The position numbers and the translations under genes are program-made. The notes below the pieces were generated by a model. That model did no database searches, was not told the DNA's origin, and saw nothing but the letters and a program-made list of their open reading frames with translations. DNA of 59,905 bases, filler included, from Sphacelaria rigidula (Eukaryota): the NCBI GenBank assembly GCA_964200075.2. It is 5 parts of 5 records of this genome, joined end to end, with 100 filler letters (N's around TTAATTAATTAA, not from the genome) between each part and the next. Parts side by side here need not be neighbours in the genome. Positions count along the whole stretch, not along the records: positions 36,006 to 47,905 come from CAXNAA020004358.1; positions 48,006 to 59,905 come from CAXNAA020004359.1; 3 more parts are not named here. The stretch is one strand, 5' to 3'. Positions 37,446-49,696 of the stretch are shown piece after piece. Position 1 is the first letter of the stretch. The number at the start of each line of letters is the position of its first letter.

Positions 37446-37679
37446 TGCAGTGCATCTGGCCTAAGTATAAAAAACATAACGAAGGCAGCATATTGCACCA
37501 GTACTGCACGAGTCGCCCACGCATGCTTGCGGAAGTTGTCGGAAACACTACGCAGCACCCACCGCAGTCAGTGAACAGTCCAGTACAGTGCAGTACAGTA
37601 CAGTACATCACAGCACAGCATAGTACTGCTGTATATTTTGTACAGCGGACGACAGAAAACATCAGAACGGAAACTTCCG

Positions 37680-38290
37680 TTCATTCGTTATGAGTCATAC
37701 CTACACACTGGAATTTCCCCCCTTGATTTATGCAGCATGAATCACGTGGTTCATGTATATCTTTTCCACCTTACATTAGTGTAGCATGAATCACGAGTAC
37801 ATGTTTCCCACCTTCTTATCACACGAGGTGAATCAAGCATACATGTATCTCCCCTTCCACTCATGCAGCATGAATCATAGGTACATGTTCCCTGCCTTCC
37901 ATTCCTACGAGTTGAACCAATCGTAGAAATTTCCCACTTTCGTTTCATGCAGCATGAATCATACGTATATGTTCTCCGCATTCAATCCATACGCAGTGAA
38001 TCAACCGTACGTACATGTGTCCCAATTCCTAGTCATGCAGCATGAATCATACGTACATATTCCCCACCATAGATTCATCCGAGACGAATCGAGTGTACAT
38101 GTTTCATACCAATGGTTCATACAGGTATTATGATGCGTACATAGTTTACTCTCTTGATTCGTCCGACACTGCTTGGAGTGTACACATTCTCACTTCGTGA
38201 TTCGTGCAGTATGACCTTGAACGTACAACTTTACGATCCGCGATTCATACCGGATGACTCTTTGGTACATGACTCGCATTCATCATTCAT
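37680..38290. repeat. Tandem array of diverged 42-bp units, block 2
   Basis: Repeated catgcagcatgaatcatacgtacatgtt(t/c)ccc in the same orientation as block 1, decaying towards 38290. Confidence 0.8.
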
Positions 38291-39541
38291 GGCGGTTCAA
38301 CCCGCATGGAGTCTGGTTTATCCGAACCCTGCTATTTTTCGTTTACTGGACGTACCCTGGATACGTACCTACGTCTACCTCGCGTCCGTGTTTAGATTCC
38401 TAGCGAAACCAAGTACACGTCCAATCGATCAATCGGTCACTTCAACCAACAAATTAGAATTGAGTGTATCACTAACACGGAAGTGGTGAGCACGGTCAAG
38501 CCTTCCCTTTGTCGAAATAACGTAATCTGATCAAGGTTCCAGACGACAACATTCTACAGGTGCTGCAGTATTACGCCGCAAAGCGAGCATCCCGCGGCGA
38601 GGAAACCAATCTAGAATTTCCCGGAAGCTACGGCATGTCGCGAGGCCTCCTCGATGAATATATATATATATCTTTAGTGGTTTTATTTAGCTTAGAAGTG
38701 AACTTTGAAACGAGGTTTGAAATTGCGCTTATGCCACAACAACGAAGGTCTAGTTTCAGAGAAAGTTATGAACAGACAATCCTCGAACATGGGGTTGAAC
38801 ACCAACATGAGGTTCAAGTGACATAGCTAAAGTGCAGGTTTGGTTCCAAACAGTTATGTCAAGGGAAAGCATCCCTCCCCCCCGTCCCCCCCGTCCGAAG
38901 TTTGCAGCAGTTATTCAGGCGTGGCTATATCGGCCGATACATCACGATTATGTGTAGTCGGTTCCCTCCTTTTGGCCAATGTGAGGTTAGAAGCCCGAGC
39001 CGCGGGAACGCACAGCCCGAGCGCCCTCAGTCATTGCTCATTGGATAATGACCTGTATATTCATCGTGAGTTTATACCCGGTATCGCCAAACTAGCGATG
39101 TCGGCGCTTATTTCATCAAAATAAGATGGATCGCACCGTTCAGGTATCTCGGAATATCCATGTCGTTGCACAACTCTAATGAACTTGTCGGGTTGGGGGG
39201 CGAGGGAGAGGGGGCAGAGGGGCACTGTCTATCGTTCCGGGCGCTGATGAGTGATTGCGACACGAACAACAATGAAGGATACGAAAAGTATGATATCGTA
39301 GCTGTTCTGCTTTAGCAGTACCCAATTTTCCCCTGCAGGTCGCGCATTCTCCATTCTCCGTTGTTTTTGTGTGTGTGTGCCTTGGTCTACGTTGGTCATT
39401 GCGATCACGAGCAGATTTCTTGGCGGATCGACCGGAGTTGTGAAGGATTAGTGAGTATTGCAAGACGCACTCCTCGTTTTTTGTTTGTTTTTGTTCGGTT
39501 TGTTGTGTGCAGAGTCCTCCCCGTTTGTTTGCTCCATCTTT

Positions 39542-39689
39542 GAGCGGTCGCCACGGTACGGATGCACAAACATTTTCCGAGGCTCTCCACTGTAGGAGCC
39601 CCCCTCAATCAGAAGCATTTGGGCCCCAAGTGTGCAAACCTTACACCCTCGTTGGGCGTAAGACGTGAACCCCTACCGTGTCCCCGACT
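39542..39689. mobile_element. Small degenerate MITE related to the GAGCA-TIR family
   Basis: Left end gagcggtcgccacggtacggatgcac and right end gtgaacccctaccgtgtccccgactc are imperfect inverted repeats. Confidence 0.45.
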
Positions 39690-40159
39690 CCTTTTCGCTT
39701 CTTTCCCACTTTTTTTCTTCTTCAGCGAGTGGCTCCGTTTTTTTTCTTTTTTCGTCCCCAGGGGACAAGTAGGAACCATTGCTGTGCCTTTTTCTATTTC
39801 TAGCTTCGTACAGCGCCTTCGAGTGCGCCCCACCTCGCCGCCGCTTCGAACGCAGCCCTCAAGCTGAACTGTCATCAACACGGTCCCGTGTACGGTGAGG
39901 CACACCAAGGTCGGGGCGCTCCCCCACCCATTTAGTCTCGGACTTGGACGGTTCATCATCCTCTCCCAGAAAATCATCTTCACCGAGAAAAGCTCGACTC
40001 TGTACACCAGTCACCCTACCCATTCAGGCGTTGATCCTCAGAGCGCCTCGGTCTGGTTGACCTTGGGTACGTATTGTCACCACGGGTAGGCCCCTCCGGG
40101 ATCAGCGAGTGTGCGACAATCAATCGAATCACTCAATGCGTCAAATCGGATTCGAGATC

Positions 40160-40419
40160 GAGTGATGCTACGGTAGGGGTGCACAAGTATTTTGTAAGGT
40201 TAGAACTGTAAGGAGCCCTTTATCTCATCCAAAACACGACGTATAAAATATGTCAAGAGTACCCCAGGATTACTACTCCAATGTGCTGGGGATATCCCGA
40301 ATGAATTTGCGAACGGGGTGGATGCCCTGACTCATATTCTTGTGCATCTAGGATCATTAGGAGCCCCTGAACCAGACAAGGTTTTGCGCTAATAATGCAC
40401 CCCTACCGTAGCATTGCTC
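40160..40419. mobile_element. Tourist/PIF-Harbinger-like MITE
   Basis: TIRs gagtgatgctacggtaggggtgca ... tgcacccctaccgtagcattgctc. Confidence 0.8.
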
Positions 40420-40596
40420 GCTCAACGGTCCATATCTCTGCGCCGTACATCGTGTGATAGGTGGCGCACCTGGGGACCGTGACAGCGACCTACGACGTGG
40501 CTGCTTGGGAGCGGGACAGAGCTGCCAACCGAAAAATCATGCAACGACTGAGAACGGTGAAAAAAACAAAAAAGCGTCATGTTTTTTTCGTACCTT

Positions 40597-40880
40597 GAGT
40601 GATGCTGTACGGTTGGGGTTGTACTTTTTTTAGAAAGAAGGTTTCTCGGGGCTGCTTCTCGGAGTGTTGGATGGGTCATTTCGTGAATCGCCAATATTTT
40701 TGATAAAAAAAATACTGAAATTTTTACCGATTTCACGAAAAGGCCCCTGCGTGCGAACACCATGTTTCCCGGAGTCCGGCACCCGGAGATTTGGGTTGCA
40801 CAGTAACCCCCATATATTTGTGCTGCTACAAGAAGTAGGGCCCCAGAGACAAGAAGTACAACCCCTACGGTAGCATTGCT
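40597..40880. mobile_element. Tourist-like MITE, second subfamily
   Basis: TIRs gagtgatgctgtacggttggggttgtac ... gtacaacccctacggtagcattgctc. Interior matches 44485-44733. Confidence 0.75.
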
Positions 40881-43109
40881 CCCTTGTCTTCGTACATCTT
40901 GGGAACGACATTCAGCTCCTGTAGAGCTTCCAGGAAAATATTAACGCCATTCGTTCTTGTCTCGGTAAGCATGCGTCTATTTTTGTGGATAATGACCGGT
41001 AAACATGCGTCTATCTTTGTGAATAATGATCACGACTGCGTCCCTCAGGTATCAGTTAATGTGCGCCAATCAATCAATCAATCAATCAATCACATCGACA
41101 ACGGGCACGAGATTTAGTTTTTGAAGAATTGACAGCAACATATCATCATGTTTCGTACTGTAATGGACGAGATCAGAATCTCAAGAACTACAATGTTTCA
41201 GACAGGCAACAACTATTTAAGGTTACTTGAGTTTTTGCGATTTTTCACTTGTTTTTTCGCCGTACTGTTAGATCCTCCGCTTCTTCGGGACAGGTCCTGA
41301 GTCTCATCAAGGGGATAAACCGACCCCTTTTGCGGGGTAAGGGGTATCATAGATACGAGAGTGGCGCAACAAACCACGATCTCGTGGAGGAGGGGTTGGT
41401 GAAGTAAGTCAGCATAGAGGGTTGTGCGTGAAGATGACGTGTGTACTCTACGTAGAAATGCCAGCAGCAGGTTGTGCACTTCGCTAGTTCTCCAAGGCTG
41501 CTCGCGTCCTCTCAAGCACTTAACGGAGGAACGCAGAATCTGCTCGACAGTATCGTATGTGTCGTGATTCGAGCTCGCAATCTTTTGCCTCTGTCGGATA
41601 GACCGCCGGGCGGCGGTGACATCATGTAGCTAGGAATTTCGATTTGTGGTCTTGAGCGACGATATCTGAATGATACTGTCTTTTTCTTCACAATATATAT
41701 ATATATATATATGTGTGTATTCCATATGTATATATGTATATATGTGTGCATGCTAACTACATGACATGACGGGGGAAATATGTACACATTTCATAGAAGA
41801 AACCATTTCGCTTGTTAAACGATTGGTTGAACGTCGAGATTTGGTATTTTCACCGGGTACATGAATGAGTCCCGATGGTTCTTTTTCCACGGGAGCGCTT
41901 AGACGTGAAACTGCTCCCCGAAGAGGAAGATCTTCGCTTCACTTCAGCAGAATTCATCTGTCAACCTTTTCACTCGTGAAGAATGTTGGATCATGACTGC
42001 AGGAGAAGGATTTTTACACATTGACTTTGAGTCACAGGCACGTTCGCGATGTCCTGTGTAACGTACATAAGCTCGAAATAATCTTCTGCAATTGGTGTTC
42101 GAAGCGTCAATATTAGACATCCACGGCACTGCGGAGAGAAGGGTCAGGCGAAGAATGTTCACATTTGCATCGAGCACGATGGTACCTACATTTCAGAGTG
42201 GCACACCCGTTTGCCATTTCCCGGGGACAGAACATTTGCGGCCCCTCGAAGTTTTCGTGCAGGAGACGGTTGCCGCGGGTGACGCCGAGACTTACGTCGT
42301 TTGGAAAGGAATCCCGACAAGACAAGAACGGCAAGAAAAGATGCACTTCACGGGCAAGACCTGTCCGTATTGCCGGAATGCTCCTTCCTTATTATCCCGC
42401 ACCACCTCCCCACTGAAAGCCACACCCGCCCCGTATCATGCCACGGCAGAGGTTGCATATTGGTGCTCAGTTGCTTTCTCATTGATGGACTGGTTCCCAA
42501 CGCCACGAGCTATGTAAGACCATGGGTCAGGACACTCCCGTTGTAAGATTTATCCGAAGAGTCATCCTACGATAGGGGGGGGGGTATTTTGGGCCACTTC
42601 TTGCACGAAATTCCGAGGCAAATCGCCGCTGCCATCGGGAACGGTTGCTTGAACGAGCTTGTTACAGATACACGACGCTCATTCATACCTATTGACACCG
42701 TTTTGAACCAAGTACAAGCACATCGCGAGTGTTGCAGGTCATCTGACACACTTATCAGTCTTTTTTTTCGTGCAACCAAATACCACCCTCCCCCTATCGT
42801 AGGATGACTCCGAGAGATCCCCACTCCGTCGGAATGCTAAGCGTGGTGTGCTTCACACATGCCACGAGTCTTTTTTGGATGCGTAAGATAAAGGGCTCTC
42901 AGCATCTCGATCCTGATACGTTTTTTGTACACCCCTACCGTCTCCATCCCACCTCCCTGGAAGCCCCTGGATACCCTCGTGACTCTCAGCCGGGAAAATA
43001 TTGTTCGAGACAAAGTCGGCGGTCAAAGGAACGAAAAACCTAGCGCGAAGCCGTCCATTCCCCCAGCCGTCCCTCTGACCCTGTTGTAACAACCAATGCG
43101 CGAACGAGC

Positions 43110-44130
43110 TGAATGAAGTACGGCGCGCTACGCTTGACGTTGGTAGTTTGCGGAGAGGCGGAAGTATTCACGCGGAAAAAAAATGCAGATCGACCGAGCT
43201 CGAGCAAGCGAAGTCAGCACCAAAGTTGATGGGGAACTCAGCGCGGCGGAGCGTCCAGAAACGGTGATGCAACTGTACGCGATCAGACGTGAAGTTACGG
43301 TGAAGGGCACAATGGGCTTGTGTCCGGTGCGTTTTCTAGTTTCATTCCCTTGTTCTTAGTACAGAGCGGCTCTGATATTTCATCGGTTTCAAAGCGCGCC
43401 CCCTAGGCGGCGAGAATGCCCGAACTACTACTGTGAAACGACAGGGTTGTAGTGTATTGTGACCTGCACATGTGTACACGCTGGGTCCAGCGCCGAACAT
43501 AACCAGGGGGTTTCTCGTCAACTCGGCGCCCCAAATGTGAAACCACAACCTGAGACAGAATGTTGACCCTCCTTCGGTGATGGGGGATGCATGTGGCGCG
43601 CTAGGCAAAGTTGGCGCTGGCACAACTCAAACCCTCGCCTGCGCTACCGATTTGAGTCAAAACGCATAGTAAGCTCTCTAGGTGAGCCGTTGGGATTGTG
43701 ATCCCTCCAAACATCGGATATTATGGTCTAATGTGGGACAACCAATCAATCATCAATCAGTCATTTACCCAACCAACCAATCAGCACTGCCGCCCCCCCG
43801 GCGCGCGCGGTTTATCTCCTTGTTTTTCGGTGGCGTGTTTTTTAGGTAACTCTGAATGAATGGTGGCTGAGTTAAATCATATCGTGAGTTCGTGAAGAAC
43901 CTCAAATTCGCGCAGAGGTGATGATCGTAACGCACAGTAGTGTTGGAATAGTGAAATACAGATTATTTTGCTCTTTCTGGATTTGCTGTGTTTTGCCTAA
44001 ACTACCGGCCTGAAAACCCGTGACGATCATGCTTTTTTTCCGTGCGGATCTTTGATTGGTAGGTTCGACATGAGCGTCGAAGAACTACTCCTGAGACCTT
44101 CAGTCGCCGTGGAGTGCGCTATCTTCGGAG
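43110..44130 (+). CDS. Two tentative exons of an unknown protein
   Basis: 43110-43263 (LNEVRRATLDVGSLRR...SVQKR, donor GTGATG) joins in phase with 44063 onward (FDMSVEELLLRPSVAVECAIFG). No family recognised. Confidence 0.3.
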
Positions 44131-44484
44131 GCAGGCAAGGCTGCTTTTCTATATTGTTCAGTGACTGATGTCTTTTAGTGGCGACATGGTGCCCCGCTGT
44201 GCCTAGCTCTGCGGCTGTACAACAACGACAACGGTTGCGTGATTCCATTACACAGTAAGTCCAGCATGCAAAAACTGCAGGCATGAAAACCTAACACCAG
44301 GACGGCTTCTACATAATCCTGCAAATATACCTCCCTCGTTGGAGGAGCACGACAATATATCCGCCGACACTAAGAACCACTTCAGCGCAAAACGCGAAAA
44401 CAGAAGCACAGCATAGTACCAACATAAATGCTCTGTTCTCTCACACACTCACCGAAAGGTCAAAGTAGTATAAGCAGCAGCAGC

Positions 44485-44733
44485 AGATGCTACGGTAGGG
44501 TTGCACTTTTGAAGCGAAAATGTTTCTCGGGGTGTTGCAGGGATCATTTTAAGAATCGGCATCATTTTCACTTGAAAAATACTGAAAATTATGCCGATTC
44601 ACGAAAAGGCCCCTGTGTGCATTTCCATGTCCTGTCCCCGGAGATTTGGGTAGCATAGTAAGCCCCATATATTTGGGCTCGTACAAAAACGAGGCCCGGA
44701 AACAAAAAGTGTAACCCCTATGGTAGCACTGCC
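44485..44733. mobile_element. Tourist-like MITE, second subfamily
   Basis: atgctacggtagggttgcac ... aacccctatggtagcactgcc. Interior ttcacgaaaaggcccctg...ccggagatttgggt is shared with 40597-40880. Confidence 0.75.
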
Positions 44734-44734
44734 C

Positions 44735-44809
44735 AGTAGCAGTGGTGGTAATAGAGGTAATGGTTGTGGTAGTAGTAGTGGTGGTAGTAGTAGCAGTAGC
44801 AGTAGTAGC

Positions 44810-44859
<50 letters not shown>
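44735..44859. repeat. (AGT)n/(AGC)n microsatellite
   Basis: Direct reading. Confidence 0.95.
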
Positions 44860-45052
44860 ACTCGTGGTCTACCTACTCGTAGCAGCCGACGCTTTTGCAC
44901 CATTTGTAGTGGGCTTTGCAATGAGCCAGCAGATATTGTGATTTATTTTTGTCAACGTTTTGATATATTCCTGCCTACGCTCTGTTGCTAAACGACACCA
45001 CACACACATGGACGCACGCATGGAAAATATTCGGACGCGCGAGGCAGCACAG

Positions 45053-45239
45053 GTCGAGCGCACGAAAGGAAGAGCCTTCGAAGCGGGCTCCTTCCCGTAT
45101 CCCCGACCAAAAATTAGCGGTCGTCGGAGGCGTAAGAGCAGCAGCGCCATCACCGACAGTAGCGACAGCCATCGCCTGCGCCACCGACAACATACCAGGG
45201 AATTAACCGCCGCAGACAATGGTCAACAACAAGAACAAG

Positions 45240-45272
<33 letters not shown>

Positions 45273-45950
45273 GACCACAGCAGCAGCAGTATCACCAACA
45301 ATTCACAGAGGTCGGCGGTCAGGGGGAGCAAGACACTGGTGAGGTGGAACGTACCAGGCGCGCGAGCAGTAGGGCGCGCTTACGTTTACTGGGCGAAAGT
45401 GCGGCAAATCTTCTTGGGCGCTCGGGGGCGGGAGCTGCGGCGATGGCTGCGCATGGCGATGGCGGAGGGCCGGCAGTAGTTCTAGCTAGTCACCGAACTG
45501 GCGGAGAAGTTGGTGATAATCATTCTGACTGCTCGAGGGGATCCTCAGCAATGGGAAATCGAGACAGTGGTATAGTCGATGAGGGTGATTTTGGTGCAAT
45601 GAGTGAAGGCCACTCCGGTACCATCGGAAAAGGCGATTATTTCGCTGCGTCCGCCGATGCACCCGGTTTGGAATTGGATGAAGTGTGTGTGGCTGCGACC
45701 ACGGGTACTGAAGATGGTCACGAGGACGATGTGGACAACTCGAATGCGACGGAGGTCGTTAATGGTGATGCATCGGGGTCGATGATGGCTGAGGGTGTCG
45801 CTGTTAGAGTAAATGAGTGGGGGGTGGTGGGCGGTGAAGGTGGCGGGGATGCTGGAGCGGAGGACAACCAGCAGCGAGACGGAGAGGTTGACGATCGCTA
45901 CAGCAGTGGATTTGATGATGCTGGGGTATCGTCGAAGGAGGCTCTAAGCG
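45053..45950 (+). CDS. Probable internal exon of a low-complexity (poly-Q, Gly/Asp/Glu-rich) protein
   Basis: About 900 nt of open frame with coding-like composition, acceptor GCACAG ending at 45052 and donor GCG/GTGAGA at 45951. No family motif. Confidence 0.6.
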
Positions 45951-46027
45951 GTGAGAAAAGGAGGAACTAGGAAATATAACCCCATTTTGTTTTTCTCGTC
46001 GTACGATACTTCAACCTCAACGCACCC

Positions 46028-46315
46028 TCCTTCCCGCGATGAGTCCGCAATCTCGAAAGAATTCAACTCCTCTCGCTCCCGTTAGACCACTTGCAATCGG
46101 GTTTCGCGGATTGGATCAGCACTCCCGCCCCACGTCGGCTCTCGCCAATAGATGCCCTGTGCTACCCACCTCCTTCAGATGTCGACGACAAGAATCTGAT
46201 ACTTTTCAGAGAAAACAAACTGTGAGCCCGGGTCTTCCGGGACTTGAACCCGTAATCTCCGTCCCGCACTGCTTCCAGTTGTGCCAGGTAGGCCATCGGG
46301 CGCGGCGGCCGGTCA
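46028..46315 (-). mobile_element. SINE family A copy with its own tRNA-like head
   Basis: Minus strand gcgcccgaTGGCCTACCTGG...GGGTTCAAGTCC (A/B boxes), then the 3' module gggagtgctgatccaatccgcgaaacc...gcggactc. Confidence 0.65.
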
Positions 46316-46559
46316 TCGGCCATTTCCCGGACGATTTCGAGTAGCAAACGTTTTGCGCTCCCTTTGGGGGTGTGATGATGGACGTGTGTGCCGATGCAAA
46401 ACTTAATTGACTCGCGTGGGGGGGGGGGGGGGGGGGGGGGGGTGCGGTGGGTGGTGCCTTNNNNNNNNNNGGTGGGGGCGGGGGGGGTGTGGGGTGGGGG
46501 GGGGGGGTGTGGGGGTGATGGGCTGGTTGGGGGGGGTGTGGGGGGGGGGGGGGGGGGGG

Positions 46560-47085
46560 GGGGCGTACTCATTAATTGCTTGCCTTACTCGTTCCCGTAT
46601 TCATATGACCATTGATCTCGCATGCCTACAAAGCCAAGATGGCACACGCCGCGTTTTCGCTGGTGCAGGCTCGCAATCAACCACCGAGCGCGAAGGGCCG
46701 TGATATGTGCGGCGAGTCGCATGAAGGAGGAGCTGCGTTCTGCTAAGGTTTGCTCGACCCGAAGCCTACTGGTTATCTTGCATTTGGATGACAGCCTCAA
46801 ATGACTTACTTCATTTCCTGATATCGCCACTTCCAGAGACAGGCACGCGTTCCACGCTGCCTGATGGGTGCTTCGCCATTTAAGCACTACCTAGTATGAC
46901 CATCCTCTTTGCGCGGAGTTACGGTTCTCTCAACCTGCAGAATATGATCTAGGTCGACCACCATCATGGTGAACGCGAAATAAATGCAAGGGCGCAAAAT
47001 AAACGGTAACCTGGTTGCCTAGCGCTCTCAGTGAAAGGGAGTTTTAGAGCGACATTGCCAACCGATGCGAACCCCACAGGGGGTC
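46560..47085 (-). mobile_element. Non-autonomous retro-repeat R1 with LINE-derived 3' tail
   Basis: Body matches the other R1 copies and ends taaggcaagcaattaatgagtacgCCCCC, as the LINE copies do. Confidence 0.75.
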
Positions 47086-47086
47086 C

Positions 47087-47569
47087 GGGGGGCGTACTCA
47101 CTTGTTGCTTGCTTCAGTCATTTGACCATTGACACACGCATCCCTGTCGAGACGGAGCACCGTTCCTACTCCTGATAGAGACACCTCCAACATTCCGATG
47201 CTCAATACGTTTCTTCCATACATTGCACATACACCTTTAACATATCTTATCCCCGTCCTGTTTCGCCGCCTGTGGCCATCATCCATCTCCCAGTATAGCC
47301 AACGTTTTCGCCCTACTGTCTAATGCATCAAACGACTTCATCCTATCTTCGTTCACGTCCCGCACTTCCCCCTTGAGCACGTCCCGTTCCTCCTTGTATA
47401 GTTCACATTCTGCCACTATATGACTTCTTCTATCTGTTGCTTCGCCACCGGAGCAATTCTTTGCATCTACTTCGTCCTCCACATGACTACTGGTACATCT
47501 CTTTCTTCTTTCTGGCAGGTCCAGGTCTCCCACCCGAAATCGCAGTTTCAATTTACTCGCCGCGCCCAT
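47087..47569 (-). mobile_element. 5'-truncated LINE (non-LTR retrotransposon) 3' end
   Basis: Decayed ORF2 C-terminus KLKLRFRVGDLDLPERRKR...HIVAECELYKEER (CCHC-like knuckle) plus 3' UTR. Matches 49030-49695. Confidence 0.8.
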
Positions 47570-47597
47570 TATTTTTGTTTATTTTTTTTGTCGCACT

Positions 47598-47832
47598 TTG
47601 AACCCCTCCCATTCCGCGGGAGGAGTCCGTGGTCTCAAGGGATCAACCCGTCTCTCCCCGGTACACGCTTTGCATGTTGGTCTCGCAGATTGGATCATGA
47701 CTATCAGCACTCCCGCACCACATCAACTCAAGTCAACTATTTTATTTACTTACTTTCTCACGCTTTCCACGGTGGAAATCAGATACTACGAAGAAAAAAC
47801 CCAACCCGTCGGGAATCGAACCCTCCAAGGGT
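47598..47832 (-). mobile_element. SINE family A copy
   Basis: B-box gggttcgattcccgac plus the 3' module. Matches 1-110 and 2960-3090. Confidence 0.75.
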
Positions 47833-47905
47833 CGGGCAAATTTTGATTCGTCTGAAAATTACTTGGTTTTAGTAGGATGAGTCGACTCGTGACGAATCAA
47901 TCCCT

Positions 47906-48005
47906 NNNNNNNNNNNNNNNNNNNNNNNNNNNNNNNNNNNNNNNNNNNNTTAATTAATTAANNNNNNNNNNNNNNNNNNNNNNNNNNNNNNNNNNNNNNN
48001 NNNNN
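47906..48005. other. Artificial contig linker
   Basis: N44-TTAATTAATTAA-N44. Confidence 0.97.
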
Positions 48006-48632
48006 GGGTTGCCGCCTTCAAAGGGGTGGGGCGGCCATTATCAAACGACAAAAGAAAAAAACCATTGGGTACCCCCCCCCCCCCCCCCCCCTACCCCCGT
48101 ATCGTAGCATGACTCTTCACTCTCAAACAAATGCTGCGCTGTCAATTCGGCAAAAGATTGTAGATGACAGTTATTTCGTGTGGAACAGATCGTGACTTTT
48201 TCGGGGCCTGGACAATGCATTCTGATTCCTCAGTTTTGACCTAAACCATTAGCTAGCTATTTAATGGGATAATGCACCCTGAAAAAGATTGAAGTCCTCG
48301 CTCGTGGGGCAAATATGTCGCATCTAGTTTACTACTAGATGTAGACGAAAAGGCATCGATTTAGTCAAATGGCCGATTTTGAAGAAACCATTCTGAATTC
48401 CGGATGTTGTCGCATGGACAAACTAGACACGACCTGTTGTTTTCACAAGCAAGCGCTCCAACCTTTGTTCGAGGTACACCGACTGTACAGTCTGTCACTC
48501 AGAACAACTGTCAAAAATGAACAATCGCTCAGGATCTGATTAAAAAGATGGTCACGCTCTCGTTCACACGAATGTATATGCTGTTGGATATGATGCAACA
48601 TGAAATATTTTGCAGTTTCTCCTTCGCATGTA

Positions 48633-48997
48633 AGCCGGTCGCCCCGGTGGCTCAGTTGGTGAACTTGAAACCTTCTGACGATTGGGATGTGGGTTCGAAT
48701 CTAGGTGATGTCACACGATCTCAGAGTTTTTCTCACGTCATACCCAACAGTTGAGAGCGACGGTGTCTTGGTTGCAAGAAACTCGACTTCACGGTCGACG
48801 GGGGAAACGGATCGCTCAACCCTTCTTGCGATAGAAGGAAAGGGAGGCGCCGCAGAAGGAATGTGGAGTACTAAAACAAAACAAAACATGAAACTCCTGT
48901 GCTGGCCTTCCTCCTGTGTGACGCCGGCTGATGCGCCCACGTATATCGCAAGGTGTAGACTGGCGTCCCGAATAAATGGGATGACACACGCACACAT
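48633..48997 (+). mobile_element. tRNA-derived SINE family B, full length
   Basis: gccccggTGGCTCAGTTGGtg...gGGTTCGAATCt boxes; aligns with 2355-2722; ends gggatgacacacgcacac. Confidence 0.8.
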
Positions 48998-49029
48998 TTG
49001 GCCTTATCGTTAACCATTCTGATTGCTGC

Positions 49030-49696
49030 CGGACTTTTTGTTGCTACAGAGTACATCTTCAGAGTAGGTCACCCCACCAGCTACAGGCTGGTGGAAATAA
49101 GGGGGAAAGGAGCGCTCAGACGCAGAGTAGACGGGGAAGAGCACCTGAAGATATACGGGGGGTTGAGAGAGGGGATAGGGATGAAAACATATCTGCATGG
49201 ACCAATGGACGCGGCGAAAAACTTGAAACTGCGATTTTGGGTGGGAACCTGAGCCTGCCAGAAAGAAAGAGATATACCAGTAGTCGTGTGGAGGATGAAG
49301 TAGATGCACAGAATTGGCCCTGTGGCAAAGCAATAGAGAGCGGAACTCATGTGGTTGCAGAATGTGAAACTATACAAGGATGAACAGGACGTTCTAGAGG
49401 GGGAAATGCAGGACGTGAACGGAGGTGGCATGTAATGGTTTCGATGCATTAAGCAGTAGCGAGAAAACGATGGCTATACTAGGAGATAAATGGTGGCCAC
49501 GGACAACGAAGCAGGACGGGGATAAGATAAGATATGTTAAAGAAAAATGTAGTGTATGAACGAAACGTAATGAGCACCGAAATGTTGGAGGTGTCTCTAT
49601 CAGGAGTGGAAACGATGCCCGTCTCGAAAGGGATGCGTGGTCAGTGGTCACACGACTAAGGCAAGCAATAAATGAGTACGCCCCCCCGCCCCCCCC
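49030..49696 (+). mobile_element. 5'-truncated LINE 3' end
   Basis: EHLKIYGGLREGIGMKTYLHGPMDAAKNLKLRF...(frameshift)...PCGKAIESGTHVVAECE, then a 3' UTR ending gcaagcaataaatgagtacgCCCCCCC. Confidence 0.85.

Noticed and set aside
36619..38290. CRISPR-like array
   Set aside because: Units are contiguous diverged tandem repeats with no unique spacers, no cas genes, and a eukaryotic context.
38560..41340. Further candidate exons (38560, 39814, 39970, 41294)
   Set aside because: Splice-like signals exist, but I could not build a phase-consistent, recognisable model.
44718..44941. Poly-Tyr/poly-Ser ORFs (also poly-Ile at 11758 and poly-Gly/Pro near 14100 and 46400)
   Set aside because: Translations of microsatellites and homopolymer tracts, several next to gaps.
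48640..48712. tRNA gene (also 95-166, 2358-2425, 46225-46310, 54665-54735)
   Set aside because: A/B boxes are present but I could not fold a complete cloverleaf, and most run into a repeated body. These are SINE heads.
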